This document shows, piece by piece, positions 33,286-44,441 of a DNA stretch of 64,000 nt. Made by a program: the position numbers and the translations under genes. The first letter of the stretch is position 1; every line of letters begins with the position of its first letter. Source of the DNA: an uncultured delta proteobacterium (GTDB taxonomy: Bacteria > Desulfobacterota > Binatia > UBA9968); the NCBI GenBank assembly GCA_963745035.1, contig CAVUVW010000014.1, forward strand, positions 448,001 to 512,000, in the 5' to 3' direction. The notes below the pieces were generated by a model. It saw only the letters and a list, made by a program, of their open reading frames with translations. It was not told where the DNA came from and ran no database searches.

Positions 33286-33693
33286 TCAATAATACGAACT
33301 TTTTGCGGAGCGTCGCTGCATGATGCGGGACAATAGCGCCTCGAAAAGGCCGGCGGCGATGAGTGACGCGAATACCAACGGCAGCCCGCCAACCTTGCCT
33401 GCCGAAATAGAAGCGGCAATGTACGCCGGCCCGCAGCTCAATGGCATAAATAACCGCAACCGACCGGGCCCTTCGTGCGCGCTTGGAGGATCGTGGCGAC
33501 TCCGGAGACGATCATCGAGATCTGGATCACGCTTTCCGCCTGTTCCGACGTCCCTCCCATCCCGGTAACGATGACAACAACGAAGATCCAACCGACCGAC
33601 ATCACCGAGACATGCTGAATTCCGAGCGCGCAGTGTGCTGAGCGGAGGCTTGTCATCGACGCTGTAGATTAAGTTGGCCGGCTTTTTGGCCAT
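33286..33693 (-). pseudogene. Truncated, frameshifted 5' fragment of a xanthine/uracil-type NCS2 permease
   Basis: LIYSVDDKPP, LGIQH, SGVATILQ..GP.G.GYL spread over two frames; only about 135 codons present. Confidence 0.65.
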
Positions 33694-33925
33694 GACCCCA
33701 GACCTTTCGGACGGGGAAGCCGATGCCGAGGCCCGATGAGATATCAGCCGGTGACGAATTTCAACTGCGATGACACCGACTAGAAGCTGCTTTCCTTGGC
33801 TATGTAGCTCTGCACCATTCGTTGGCGATTTACGGTATTGGTTGACACGGTGTTCACGGGCCAGTTAGGCTCTGACTACCAATCGCAATTGGAACGACTG
33901 AGCAAATGACAAAAGGTTTGCCGGG

Positions 33926-35362
33926 ATGAGCCGGAATCAACTGATCAAGAACCTACAGACAATCGTCGGCGATCGTTACGTGCTGGTCGAAAAAGAGGAC
34001 GTGATCGTCTACGAGCAGGACGGCTCGATCTTTCAGGTCATGCCGGAGATCGTCGTGCTGCCCGGCGACGTCGAGCAGGTCGCCGCGGTAGTGAAAGCCG
34101 CCGGGCAGGCGAATGTGCCGATCGTGCCGCGCGGCTCGGGTACCGGACTTGCCGGTGGCGCGGTGCCCGCCGAAGGCGGCATTATTCTGTCGCTTGCGCG
34201 GCTCAACCGAATTCTAAAGATCGATTTGGAAAATGCCCTCGCGATCGTCGAGCCCGGCGTAATCAACATCGACATCACCAAAGCCGTCGCGAAAGACGGA
34301 TTCTTTTACGCTCCCGATCCGAGCAGCCAGGCCGCCTGCTCCATCGGCGGCAATGTCGCCAATAATTCCGGCGGACCGCACACGCTTGCCTACGGCGTGA
34401 CCACCAACCACGTGCTCGGCCTGGAAGTCGTCCTCGATGACGGTAGGATTATCTGGCTCGGCGGCGAAGTGCCGGACACTCCCGGCTACGATCTCTGCGG
34501 CGTGTTCGTCGGCTCGGAAGGAACCATGGGGATCGTCACCAAAGTCGCCGTCCGGCTCATGCGCGCGCGCGAGTCGGTGCGCACGCTTTTGGCGATCTTC
34601 GACCAGATGGATTGCGCTACCCAAACGGTCGTCGATATCACTGCCGCGGGAATCATACCTGCGGCGCTGGAAATAATGGACCGAATGGCGATCGAGGCTG
34701 TGGAGCGCGGTGCGCCCGTAGGTTTACCACGCGACGCCGAGGCGGTGCTGATCGTCGAAATCGAGGGATTGGATGAGCACACCGAGCGCGCCATAAAACT
34801 CGCCCGCGAAATTTGCCAACGTGACGGCGCGCGCGAAGTCAAGCTCGCCGCCGATGAAGCCGAACGGCAGCGGCTTTGGAAAGGCCGCAAGGGAGCCTTC
34901 GGCGCCATGGGCGCCCTGGCGCCGAACTATTACGTCCAGGACGGGGTGGTGCCGCGCAGCAAGTTGCCGGAGATGATGAAGCGCATCGCCGCGATCAGCA
35001 AGCAATTCGATCTGCGCATTGCCAATGTGTTTCATGCCGGCGACGGCAACCTGCATCCGAATATCTTGTTCGATATGCGCAGCCCCGGCGAGCTCGATCG
35101 CGTGATCGAAGCCGGCGCGGCCACTTTGCGCGCCTGCATCGAGCTCGGCGGTAGCATCACCGGCGAGCACGGCGTGGGGTTGGAGAAAAAAGCTTACATC
35201 GGACTCCTTTTCAGTGAAGCGGACTTGGACGCCATGGCGCGGGTGCGCCGCGCGTTCGACCCGGACAACCGGTTTAATCCGGCAAAGCTCTTTCCCACGC
35301 CGGCGAGCTGTGGCGAAGTCCGCTTGCAGCCCGCGCAGATTCCGGCGGGGCTATGGATCTGA
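33926..35362 (+). CDS. glcD: Glycolate oxidase FAD subunit
   Basis: PRGSGTGLAGG, APDPSS, GSEGTMG, HAGDGNLHP, ITGEHGVG. Confidence 0.9.
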   Translation: MSRNQLIKNLQTIVGDRYVLVEKEDVIVYEQDGSIFQVMPEIVVLPGDVEQVAAVVKAAGQANVPIVPRGSGTGLAGGAVPAEGGIILSLARLNRILKIDLENALAIVEPGVINIDITKAVAKDGFFYAPDPSSQAACSIGGNVANNSGGPHTLAYGVTTNHVLGLEVVLDDGRIIWLGGEVPDTPGYDLCGVFVGSEGTMGIVTKVAVRLMRARESVRTLLAIFDQMDCATQTVVDITAAGIIPAALEIMDRMAIEAVERGAPVGLPRDAEAVLIVEIEGLDEHTERAIKLAREICQRDGAREVKLAADEAERQRLWKGRKGAFGAMGALAPNYYVQDGVVPRSKLPEMMKRIAAISKQFDLRIANVFHAGDGNLHPNILFDMRSPGELDRVIEAGAATLRACIELGGSITGEHGVGLEKKAYIGLLFSEADLDAMARVRRAFDPDNRFNPAKLFPTPASCGEVRLQPAQIPAGLWI

Positions 35363-35437
35363 TCGGAATCAGTCTCGGGTTTCGGGTCCCGCGTTTCAAG
35401 TTCTCAACGCGGGACGCGAGACGATCTTAATCTGCCA

Positions 35438-36740
35438 ATGGAACCAATGCACCACAAAGCAGCTATCGCAGGCGACGCCGGCATCGCTGCCCTCAACCTT
35501 CCCGAGCTTTACCAATGTGTTCATTGCGGGCTTTGTTTGAATCAATGCCCGACTTATCGCGCGTTACAGTTGGAACCGGAGTCGCCGCGCGGCCGAATTC
35601 ATCTGGTCAAGGCGGCCGCCGAAGGTCGGATCGAGCTCAGTGCGCGTTTCGCCGACCACCTCTATCTCTGTCTATTGTGCCGCGCCTGTGAAAGCGCCTG
35701 TCCCTCAGGCGTGCAGTACGGACGCATCGCCGAAGCTGCGCGCGAGCAACTCGGCCCGCCCGGGTCCGAGCTCGGCACGGCGGTTCTGAAATTTGTTTTC
35801 ACCCAGCTTCTGCCTTATCGCCGGCGGCTGCGCTTGGTCTTCGTTCTCCTGCGCCTCTATCAACGGAGCGGACTGCAGCGACGTGATACGCTTTTTCCTG
35901 CCGAAGAAGCTGCGCGATATGGACGCATTGTTGCCGCGGATCCCGTCGAAGTTTTTCAAACCGCACGAGGGGGTCGCGCCCGCTGATCGGCGCGCGCCGG
36001 GCGAAAGTAGCCATGCTCGACGGCTGCGTCATGCCGCTGTTGTTCGGCGACGTCAACGACGCCACCGTGCGCGTGCTCCGGCGCAACGGCTGCGACGTGA
36101 TTTTCCCCACCGGCCAAACCTGCTGCGGCGCGCTCAACGTGCACAACGGCGAGACGACTGCCGCCAAAGCGATGGCCCGGCGCAATATCGACGCTTTTCT
36201 CGACTGCCGATGTCGATGCGATTATCGTCAACGCCGCGGGCTGCGGCGCGGCGATGAAAGAATATGGTCACTTGTTGCGCGACGACCCCGACTATCGCGA
36301 GAAGGCCGAGCGCTTCAGCCTCCCTCGTCAAAGACGCCGGAGAGTTTCTCGCCGATCTCGGTTTGGTCGGCGAACTTCGCTCCGCTGGAAATGACCGTGA
36401 CCTACCAGGATCCCTGCCATCTCGCCCACGGCCAACGCGTTCGCAGCCAACCGCGAAAATTGCTGCAAGCGATTCCCGGTCTTGAAACTCGTCGAGATGG
36501 AGGGCGCCGACCGCTGCTGCGGCAGCGCCGGCATCTACAATGTCACTCACAGCGGCATGTCGCAGCATCTGCTCAAGGAAAAAATGCAGGCGATCGCCGC
36601 AACCGGCGGCGAAGCAGTCGTCGCGCCCAACCCCGGTTGCATGCTGCAACTCCGTGCCGGCGCCGCTCGATCCGGCACCGACCTCAAGGTCTATCATCTG
36701 TTCGATCTCCTCGACCGCGCGTACGAGCAAGACCGAATAG
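35438..36740 (+). CDS. glcF: Glycolate oxidase Fe-S subunit; multiple frameshifts, 3' end approximate
   Basis: CVHCGLCLNQCP, CLLCRACESACP, CCGAL, YQDPCHL, CCGSAG, NPGC distributed over several frames. Confidence 0.85.
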
Positions 36741-36750
36741 CAATTCCGCC

Positions 36751-38027
36751 ATGCTCACATCCGTCGATCAGCTCATGCAGCGCCTGGGATCGGCGCTGGG
36801 GCGCGACGGAGTCAGCGCCGGCGCCGACGTGCGCCGATCCTATCGCCTAGACGGCATAACGCCGACAACTGGTCGTTGCGCCGAAATCGCCAGAGCAAAT
36901 CGGCGCTGTGCTGCGGCTTTGCTCCGAGGTCGCGCGCGAGCGTCATCCCGTGGGGCGGCGGCACGGCGATGGTGCTCGGCAATCCGCCGCGTCGCGCGGA
37001 CGTGGTCATTAGACTGGAAGAACTCGACCACGTGATCGAGCACGACGCGGCCAATCTGACCGTCACCGTGCAGAGCGGCGTTACCTTGCAAGCCCTGCAG
37101 TCCGTGCTCGCGGCGCACAAGCAATTCCTGCCCATCGACGCGCCATTTCCGGCCCGCGCCACTTTGGGCGGCGTCGTCGCCGCGAATCTCAACGGTCCGC
37201 GGCGCGGCCTGTACGGCAGCGTGCGCGATCTGGTCATCGGCATGAAAGTGGTGCTCGCAAGCGGCGAGGTGATCAAAGCCGGGGGCAAAGTCGTCAAGAA
37301 CGTCGCCGGCTACGACATGAGCAAGCTCTTCGTCGGCTCGCTGGGAACGCTTGGGATCGTCACCGAAGCGACCCTTCGGGTGGCGCCGATCGCCGAAAGC
37401 GCGGCAACTTTGGTCGCCGACGGCGCTCTGGCTCAGGCGGCGACTATGATTCGCGAGATCTCGCGCTCCGCGCTTCTGCCCGTGGCGGCTTTTCTGCGTA
37501 GCGACAATTCAAAAGCATCTTGGCGGGTGGCGGTCTGGTGCGAAGGTTTTGCGGCCAGCATCGAGCGCCAGTTGCGCGAGCTCGAAGCCATGACGCTGTC
37601 GCTCGGCATGCGTTCGCAAGTGTTGCAAGCGCAAGCGCAGGTCGAGTTGTGGGACAAGCTGCGCGATTTCCCGCTTTCGCCGAACCGCGTGATGTACCGG
37701 GTCGCGCTGCCGCGGGCGGCGGTTTTTGCTTTTCTGGAGAACAGTAAAGAGCGGCATCCAGGGGAAATCGTCTGCGATGCTTTGATGGGAACGGTCTGGT
37801 TATCCTGGCCCCCGCGCGAGGCGGCGATCCAACGATTTTCCGCGCTCGAATCTCTGGCGCGCCAGGAGCGCGGTCACGCCGTGCTCTTCGCCGCGCCGGC
37901 GGCGCTGAAAGCCGCGGTCAATGTATGGGGGGCGTCGCCCGCGACCCTGTCGATCATGCGCGAGATCAAGCACCAGTTCGACCCCCATGAATTGCTCAAT
38001 CCTGGGCGGTTTTTGGGTGGCATTTAG
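36751..38027 (+). CDS. glcE: Glycolate oxidase FAD-binding subunit; frameshifts near the 5' end
   Basis: ATLGG, GGKVVKNVAGYD, GSLGTLG, FDP..LLNPGR. Confidence 0.85.
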
Positions 38028-38084
38028 GCGCGATCCGACTGCGCCGCGAAACCATCGGAGACTGGGGATCTACCTCCAACCCGG

Positions 38085-38589
38085 TTAAAAGAACCGGATC
38101 ACCCAGCCGCCGAGCCAGTTGTCGACCCCGAACGCGCCGCTGCCGCGGACCAAGAAATAAATCGCCGCCGCAACGAACACCAGATTATCGCGCAGTCCTA
38201 CCTCGTGCGCATGGTACGCTTGGCGGTCGAAAGAGCGAAAATGGCTTTGCGCCTTTTCGTCCGTGAGCGCGTTTTTCACTACCGGAGCCAGGACCGGCAG
38301 CACTTTGAGCCAGTGCGCCGTGAAGCGCGAAGGTCGGAATCAAAAAAATAATGATCATCGCCGCGCAGATCGGCGTCTGAATGCCCGCAGCCAGTCCGAA
38401 CCCGCCCACGACCATCAGAAACGTCGCGACAAAGCCGAAAAAGGCCGCGCCCCTGGGAAAGAGAATGCTCGCGGTGTTGACCGGATTGGGCCAGCGCCGG
38501 ACATTGCTGAGACCGCTGATCAGCATCCGCCAGCCAAGAATGACGCGCAACAGAGCCTCGGCGACCAATGCCAGCGTCGAATGCTCCAA
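38085..38589 (-). CDS. DoxX-family membrane protein; apparent frameshift near 38320
   Basis: LLRVILG..M..SG, TM helices, C-terminal GSGAFGVD. Confidence 0.75.
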
Positions 38590-38823
38590 AATTTTTCCCT
38601 TTCTTCGGCAGCCGAGCAAATTGCGCCGCACTATATCCAGCGCCGCCAGGCCGGTCAATTAGGCTGCCCTCGGACAATTATCGAAGCGGACGGGCACGGC
38701 AAAAGACAAACGGCGAATCGCTAGACCGAAATGGGGGTTAAATTCGCTTCTCTAAATGTCGAATTCGCGATTGTTTCTGCCAAGAAATTTCACTAGAATG
38801 CGGCATCCCGCGGGGCTGAGATG

Positions 38824-38840
38824 CTGGCACGGTGGTTGCT
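38824..38840 (+). promoter_or_regulatory. Sigma54 -24/-12 promoter
   Basis: CTGGCAC-GGTGG-TTGCT matches TGGCAC-N5-TTGCW; 30 nt upstream of the ATG, which has a GGAGG SD. Confidence 0.7.
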
Positions 38841-38870
38841 CTGCTTGGCGCCCGTAACACGGAGGTGGTA

Positions 38871-40140
38871 ATGCAACGCGCAAGGCGATCGCTAATCTCA
38901 CTTTGCTTTGGTTTTCTGCTATTCTCGTCGCCGAGGGTAGCCCTTGCCAGCGAAGTCACTACATTAAGCCCATCTCCTTTCCCGATGCCTGCCGGCCTCG
39001 AACCGGCGGTCGAGTTTTGGATAAAGGTCTTCAGCGAGATATGGCGCATCGCAGTTGGTCTATTTCGATCCGCTCGACATGAGCAAAATTTATGAAGTGA
39101 CCGACGTTGGCGAGGAAAGCCGCACCAACGACTATATCAAAGCGGAGCGAGAGCGTATCGCCACCGCACACGGCGTCGACATCGAGCGGGTGAAAGCACA
39201 GCGCGGCATCAAAGAGAGAACCGCGGCGGGCATCAAACGCTCGGGTCGCTATATTGCGCAGATCAGGCAGATTTTCCAAGACCGGGGTTTGCCACCGGAG
39301 CTTACATACCTGCCGATCGTGGAATCGTCCTACGAGATCACCGCTCGGTCTTCCGTCGGCGCCTTGGGCATCTGGCAATTCATGCCACGCACCGGACGCG
39401 AATATATGCGGGTTAACTCTTCGGTTGACGAAAGAAGAGATCCGATCGAAGCGTCCCGCGCAGCCGCGGCGTATCTCAAGCAGGCCTATGAATATTTAGG
39501 CAGTTGGCCATTGGCGATTACGTCCTACAATTACGGCCAAGCGGGCGTGGCCCGCGCGGTCGCCGAAGTCGGTTCGAACAACCTTGTCGACCTGATTGAA
39601 AAATACAACCATCCCTACTGGGGCTTTCCGCCGAAACAGTTCTACGCGGAGTTTCTCGCCGCCGTCGAAGTCGGCAGCAATCTACCTAAGTATTTTCCCG
39701 GCCTTGAGCTCGACGCCGCTGTGCAACTGAAGGAAGTGGAAGTCGAGCGTGGCACATCCTTGGCGTCACTGATCAAATCATCCAGTATGAGTCGCGATGA
39801 GTTTCTGGGCTGGAATCCCGCTCTCAATCCGTCGGCGCGCGTCGTGCCCGCCGGTTACCGCATGAAACTGCCGTCCGACAGAAGCGTTGAGCCGCTCGTG
39901 GTATTGGCGAAGCATGAAAGCATCGAGCCCAGATCGGCAATCAGACAATCGGCAAGCAAACCAAATGTTGAAGCGAACGGGCGAGTGCGCGTCGTGCATC
40001 ACAAGGTCAAGCATGGTGAGACGCTCTACGAGATCGCTCGCCGCTACGGCGCGTCGGTGCAGCGTATCATTCAAGTCAATGGACTCGGTCGATCACGCCT
40101 TTTGAGAGTCGGAAGCACGCTGCGCATTCCCCAGGCATAA
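38871..40140 (+). CDS. MltD-like lytic transglycosylase with LysM; apparent frameshift near 39040
   Basis: Signal peptide, LPIVESS, GIWQFMPRTG, AITSYNYG, C-terminal LysM HKVKHGETLYEIARRY. Confidence 0.9.
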
Positions 40141-40164
40141 GATCTTTCACACGCGGGTCTTTTT

Positions 40165-40199
40165 AAAGCCGGGGTGGTCAATGACACCCCGGCTTTTTT
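40165..40199 (+). terminator. Intrinsic terminator
   Basis: AAAGCCGGGGTG/CACCCCGGCTTT 12-bp stem followed by a T tract. Confidence 0.85.
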
Positions 40200-40237
40200 G
40201 TTTGCGCCTGTTCCCCAATCGCAAAGATACCGTTAAA

Positions 40238-40337
40238 TGTCATTCTGAGGCGGAGCCAAAGAATCTGCTTTTGGTTTGGAACAAGCAGATACTTCGCGGA
40301 GTTTATCCTGAGTCTCACCGAAGGACTCAGCGTGACA
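40238..40337. repeat. REP-like palindromic repeat (TGTCATTCTGAG...AGAATCT / AGAT...CTCAG..TGACA)
   Basis: Inverted arms; related half-copies at 43068-43094 and 43111-43137. Confidence 0.6.
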
Positions 40338-40450
40338 TCTATGTGATTTCTGCTCTTGCGATACCGTCGCGGCGGCGGGAGTCCTGGATACGTCGCAGAT
40401 CTGTTGCCCCGCGTTGACAACTTTTCCGCCAGCTGGATATAGTCGGCGGC

Positions 40451-41437
40451 ATGAAAAGCGAGCTGGGGGCGTCGTCAAAGTGGCGTCAACTGATTGCGTT
40501 GGTGCTCTTCGCTCTTCTGTCGCTTCAGCTATGTGCGCCTGCAAACGCGCAAGAGACCAAAAAGGTACGCATGGCCTACTCCGCTTTCAGCATCTCGTTC
40601 TTGAATATTTTTGTGGCGCGGGACGCTGGGCTGTTCAAGAAACACGGCCTCGACGTCGAGTTGATTCAGATGGCCGGTCCGCTGCCGGTGGCGGCACTCG
40701 CGGCCGGCGAGATCGATTACCTGACAGGCTACACAACCGGCATCGTCGCCACCGGCCAGGGCGCGCCACTCAAGGGCATCATGATCTCTCTCCGCAAGCC
40801 GCCGTTTTTTCTTGTGGCGGAATCGGCTGTGCAACGGCCCACCGATCTTGCCGGAAAGCGAATCGGCGTCGATCGCATCGGCAGCTTGCAGCATCTGGTT
40901 GCGCGGTTGATGCTGAAAAACAAAGGCGCCGATCCGGAGAAAGCGATTTTCACTCAGACCGGCTCGGTTTCTAATACGGTGACGAGTCTTGGGCAGGGCG
41001 CGATAGCCGCGGCGATCTTATCCGGCCCGCACAACGTGATCATGGCGCAAAAAGGTTTTCGGCAAATCGGCTCTGCGGATGAGCTGCCGACGCACTTTCC
41101 GACCAGCGGTCTGGTCGTGAGCGACGCCAAACTCAAGACCGATGTGCCGCGCATCAAGAGCGTGATCCGCGTGATGCTCGATGCCGCCGCATTTTGCCGC
41201 AAGGAAAGAACCTGGGTGGTGAGCTACATCAAAGATCGCTGGAAGCTCGAGCAAAAGACTGCTGAAACCGTCTATGATCAGTGGCTCTCGATTCTTACGC
41301 CCGACGGCAAAATCAGCATCAAGGATATGCAGGAATATTTCGATCTTGCCCACAGTCAGAAACAGATCTCGGCGCCGATCAACGTCGCCGCAGTAACGGA
41401 TTACTCGCTGCTCGATCAAGTGCTGGCGGGGAAATAG
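40451..41437 (+). CDS. SsuA/NMT1-type ABC substrate-binding protein
   Basis: Signal peptide, GLFKKHGLDVEL, ALAAGEID, DLAGKRIGV. Confidence 0.88.
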   Translation: MKSELGASSKWRQLIALVLFALLSLQLCAPANAQETKKVRMAYSAFSISFLNIFVARDAGLFKKHGLDVELIQMAGPLPVAALAAGEIDYLTGYTTGIVATGQGAPLKGIMISLRKPPFFLVAESAVQRPTDLAGKRIGVDRIGSLQHLVARLMLKNKGADPEKAIFTQTGSVSNTVTSLGQGAIAAAILSGPHNVIMAQKGFRQIGSADELPTHFPTSGLVVSDAKLKTDVPRIKSVIRVMLDAAAFCRKERTWVVSYIKDRWKLEQKTAETVYDQWLSILTPDGKISIKDMQEYFDLAHSQKQISAPINVAAVTDYSLLDQVLAGK

Positions 41438-41523
41438 CAGTTGTCAGTATTTAGTTATCAGTCAACTCGCACTTTATACTCGACTCTAAAGTCTAAACAC
41501 TTCAAGGAACGAAGGAGCGCAAA

Positions 41524-42192
41524 ATGGACGGCAAAGCGTTGGTGGAATCAGTAAAGAAGGAAATCATCGAACCGGGAATTCAGCGCCTAATGGACTCGCA
41601 ATATTTTTCCGAACTACGCCAGGGCAAGCTCTCGCGGAAACGCATGCAGGGCTGGTCGCTTCAGCACTACCTTCACAACAAGGCGATCCTGAAATCCTTC
41701 GCTCTAGGCATGGTGAAAAACGCCCATGAGCCGACGATGTTCGATTATTTCACCGATCAATTCACCGAAGAGCAGACCCATCCCGATCTGGCGAAACGCT
41801 TCGGCCTCGCCCTCGGCCTCAAGGAAGAAGACTTCACCGAGGCGACGCAGATTTTCGAATGCCAGATCCATTCGGCGCGCACCGTCTACAACACTTTGAT
41901 GGGCTATGCGCCGCAAAACCGCGCCTCGGCGCTCACCAGCGAGAGTATGGTCTGCCGCTACTCGGAAGAGTTCTTAAATGCCGGCCGCAAGCACTATGGC
42001 CTAGACGACCGCGATCTGACCTTTTTCACCGTCCACATGGTCGCCGATCAGGACCACACAGCGCGTTCGGCGGAGCTGATCGCCCGCATGGTCAAGACGC
42101 CGCGCGAAGAGCGCTTGGTGCGCGAGAGCGCCCAGTATATGGTGCGCATCAAGCTTGGCAAGTTCGACGGCATCTACCGCGAATATTCTTAA
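41524..42192 (+). CDS. Heme-oxygenase-like (TenA/PqqC/CADD) putative diiron protein
   Basis: EEQTH, SESM and FFTVHMVADQDH metal-ligand pattern. Confidence 0.75.
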   Translation: MDGKALVESVKKEIIEPGIQRLMDSQYFSELRQGKLSRKRMQGWSLQHYLHNKAILKSFALGMVKNAHEPTMFDYFTDQFTEEQTHPDLAKRFGLALGLKEEDFTEATQIFECQIHSARTVYNTLMGYAPQNRASALTSESMVCRYSEEFLNAGRKHYGLDDRDLTFFTVHMVADQDHTARSAELIARMVKTPREERLVRESAQYMVRIKLGKFDGIYREYS

Positions 42193-42273
42193 ACTTGTTC
42201 AAGGTTCAATGTTCCAGGTTCAACGGCTGATCGAAATACCTAATCCGGACTCATGAACTTCGAGCATTGAACC

Positions 42274-42961
42274 CTACGAATTGATCAACGCTGTCGCCTC
42301 GATCTCGAGCAAATACTTTTCGCCCGCAAAACCGTCGACGAAGCTGATCTCCACTTCGGGAACATTCACTTTAGAACCTTGGGTGAGAAGATTCCGGAGC
42401 ACTTCAAGTTTCTGAGTTCGATCAAGCAGAATCGAGAGCTTCACGACTTGGCTCCAGTTTGCGCCAGACACCGCAACGGCATTAGCGAGAGTCCGCAAAA
42501 CGTCCGGCACCTGCTCTTCCAGAGTCGGAGCATCCGAAGTGAACCCTGAGTAGAACAGCACCGAGTCGTAGCGTAAATAGCAGAGATAATTTCTCGCTGG
42601 CTCGAAATCGACCGGCCGCCGCTCGGCTGCCGGAGCGAGCGGGGCGCATCGCCAACAGCTCCAGTCCGGCGGTTCCATCAGAGTCAAACCATTCCCGCGA
42701 AATAAAGCTCGAGCTTGCCGCTTTGCGATTTCCAGTCAAAATTTTTGATCGCGCCGCAGTCGCCAATGTGCGCGCGTCTCTGTCTCTTCCCCACACGCGG
42801 ATACGCGCGATATTGTCGAGCGACAAGTCGTGCGATTTGAGCTCCGCCTCGAATTGCTGGAATAATTCGTTGGCCGCGTTGTCCGGCGATGCTCCGGCCC
42901 TGCCCTCGGCGGCGATCTCGACAAACTCCCTGCCAAGCCAACTGAATATTTTAGTTTTCAT
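42274..42961 (-). CDS. Tandem Rid/YjgF-like protein; apparent frameshift near 42635
   Basis: LDNIARIRVW and WSQVVKLSILL halves, C-terminal LLEIEATA. Confidence 0.65.
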
Positions 42962-43067
42962 GATGCGGCACTCTATCGCAATTGATATGAAAGTGAAAAG
43001 AGAGTTCCGCCACACGTGCGGCAACGGCGGTCCATTTGCAATCGCCATAACTCTTTCGATTAAGAAA

Positions 43068-43137
43068 AGATTCCTCGGTTCCCTCGGAATGACAACTCTA
43101 TTAAATGATCTGTCATCTCGAACAGAGTGAGAGATCT
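43068..43137. repeat. Two REP-like half elements
   Basis: AGATTCCTCGG..CTCGGAATGACA and TGTCATCTCGAAC..GAGAGATCT. Confidence 0.55.
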
Positions 43138-43230
43138 TTCCCCAACTGAACCCTACCTGAGAGCAGTAAACTTGCGCTTCTGACACTATTTAGTTTATCG
43201 TTGCAGTCTCGTGAAGGCTTACTTGCTGCC

Positions 43231-43632
43231 ATGTTCCGCCGTTTGCTCAGCGCCCAAGGGCAAAGCCGCTCAGCCAAAACCGTTGAGGTTTTCGGCTGGC
43301 TCATTCTGATCGAAGGAACCCTGGTACTGTTCGCGCCGCATTTCTCGGCATCGTTGATCCGCATACCTCCGCTCACCGAGCAGGCCACGAATTATTTCCG
43401 ACTTGTCGGGTTACTGGTAAGCGGCCTCGGTATGCTCTATATCGCCAGCGGCCGCTTGAACGCCGAAGGATTTGTTTTCGCTTCCCTGCTCGACCGCCCG
43501 CTCGTGCCCATCACAATGGCGATTCTTTGGTATCATGGAATCATTCCTGGACCGCTGGCGTTGATTTTTTCGATCCAAGACTTCGGCAGCTTTCTTTGGA
43601 CGTTGTTCGCCTGGCGCGCCGAATTCAAGTAA
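43231..43632 (+). CDS. Hypothetical 4-TM membrane protein
   Basis: Hydrophobic helices across a 133-aa ORF. Confidence 0.65.
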   Translation: MFRRLLSAQGQSRSAKTVEVFGWLILIEGTLVLFAPHFSASLIRIPPLTEQATNYFRLVGLLVSGLGMLYIASGRLNAEGFVFASLLDRPLVPITMAILWYHGIIPGPLALIFSIQDFGSFLWTLFAWRAEFK

Positions 43633-43660
43633 AGCTGAAACAAGTTAAACGAGCGATGAC

Positions 43661-44347
43661 TTGAGGCCAAACAATTTGACCGTGGCGGGATCCATACGAA
43701 AACGCATAGCAGCCCTTTTAGATCCAGACAAAGTTAGACTCTATCTGTTCCGGGGAGCGGATAAGAAAACTATATTTAACATTGTAGTGGGAACGGTTGC
43801 GTACAAAGCGGATCATCAGACAATTATCTTTGACAGAGTGGAAAAGGCTCTCCGTCTGATTCAATCATATGACGCCAAAAGATTCGCGCAGATACAGCGA
43901 TATATAAAGACTATTTTGATATTTGGCGACCCGACTGCTCGCGGTTATTGGCATCAGGATCTCCAAATGTGCGAATTGCAGGAAGATTTCGTCCGCGCAG
44001 AAGACACGTCCAGCGCAAAAATCGCCTCCGTCATCGTTCACGAGATGACTCATGCCCGATTAATGCGTCTCGGGTTCGGATACGAGGAGCCCAAACGTCT
44101 CCGCATTGAACACATCTGCTTCGGTGCACAGCAAGCCTTTGCTCGCCGGCTACCCGATGGCGAAGAACTTGTAAAGGAAGTAGAAGAAACACAAGCGTAC
44201 TACGGGGAGGCTCACTTCAGTGATGCTGGACGATGTGAAGCAGACCTAGAAGGCCTGCGTGTGCTTGGTGTCCCAAAATGGATCATATGGCTGCTGACGA
44301 AGCTTGTTTCGCATAGAACCAGGACTAATCCGAATCAAGATAATTAA
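43661..44347 (+). CDS. Hypothetical HExxH zincin-like protein (start uncertain)
   Basis: IVHEMTHARL plus downstream IEHIC; visibly lower GC than flanks. Confidence 0.65.
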   Translation: MRPNNLTVAGSIRKRIAALLDPDKVRLYLFRGADKKTIFNIVVGTVAYKADHQTIIFDRVEKALRLIQSYDAKRFAQIQRYIKTILIFGDPTARGYWHQDLQMCELQEDFVRAEDTSSAKIASVIVHEMTHARLMRLGFGYEEPKRLRIEHICFGAQQAFARRLPDGEELVKEVEETQAYYGEAHFSDAGRCEADLEGLRVLGVPKWIIWLLTKLVSHRTRTNPNQDN

Positions 44348-44441
44348 CTATTGATCCACCGAACTCGGTTTCTGTAAGTCAATTTGCACGATGATGTCAC
44401 CGCGTTGACCCAGTTTTGAGGCGACTCAGCAGGAGGAGTTT

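Noticed and set aside
35438-38027. Programmed frameshifting or pseudogenisation of glcF and glcE
   Set aside because: No consistent slippery sites, and the same indel pattern affects housekeeping genes such as mreC, so sequencing error is more likely
38800-38830. TPP riboswitch-like GGGGCTGAGA
   Set aside because: The remaining conserved TPP elements are absent and the downstream gene is unrelated to thiamine
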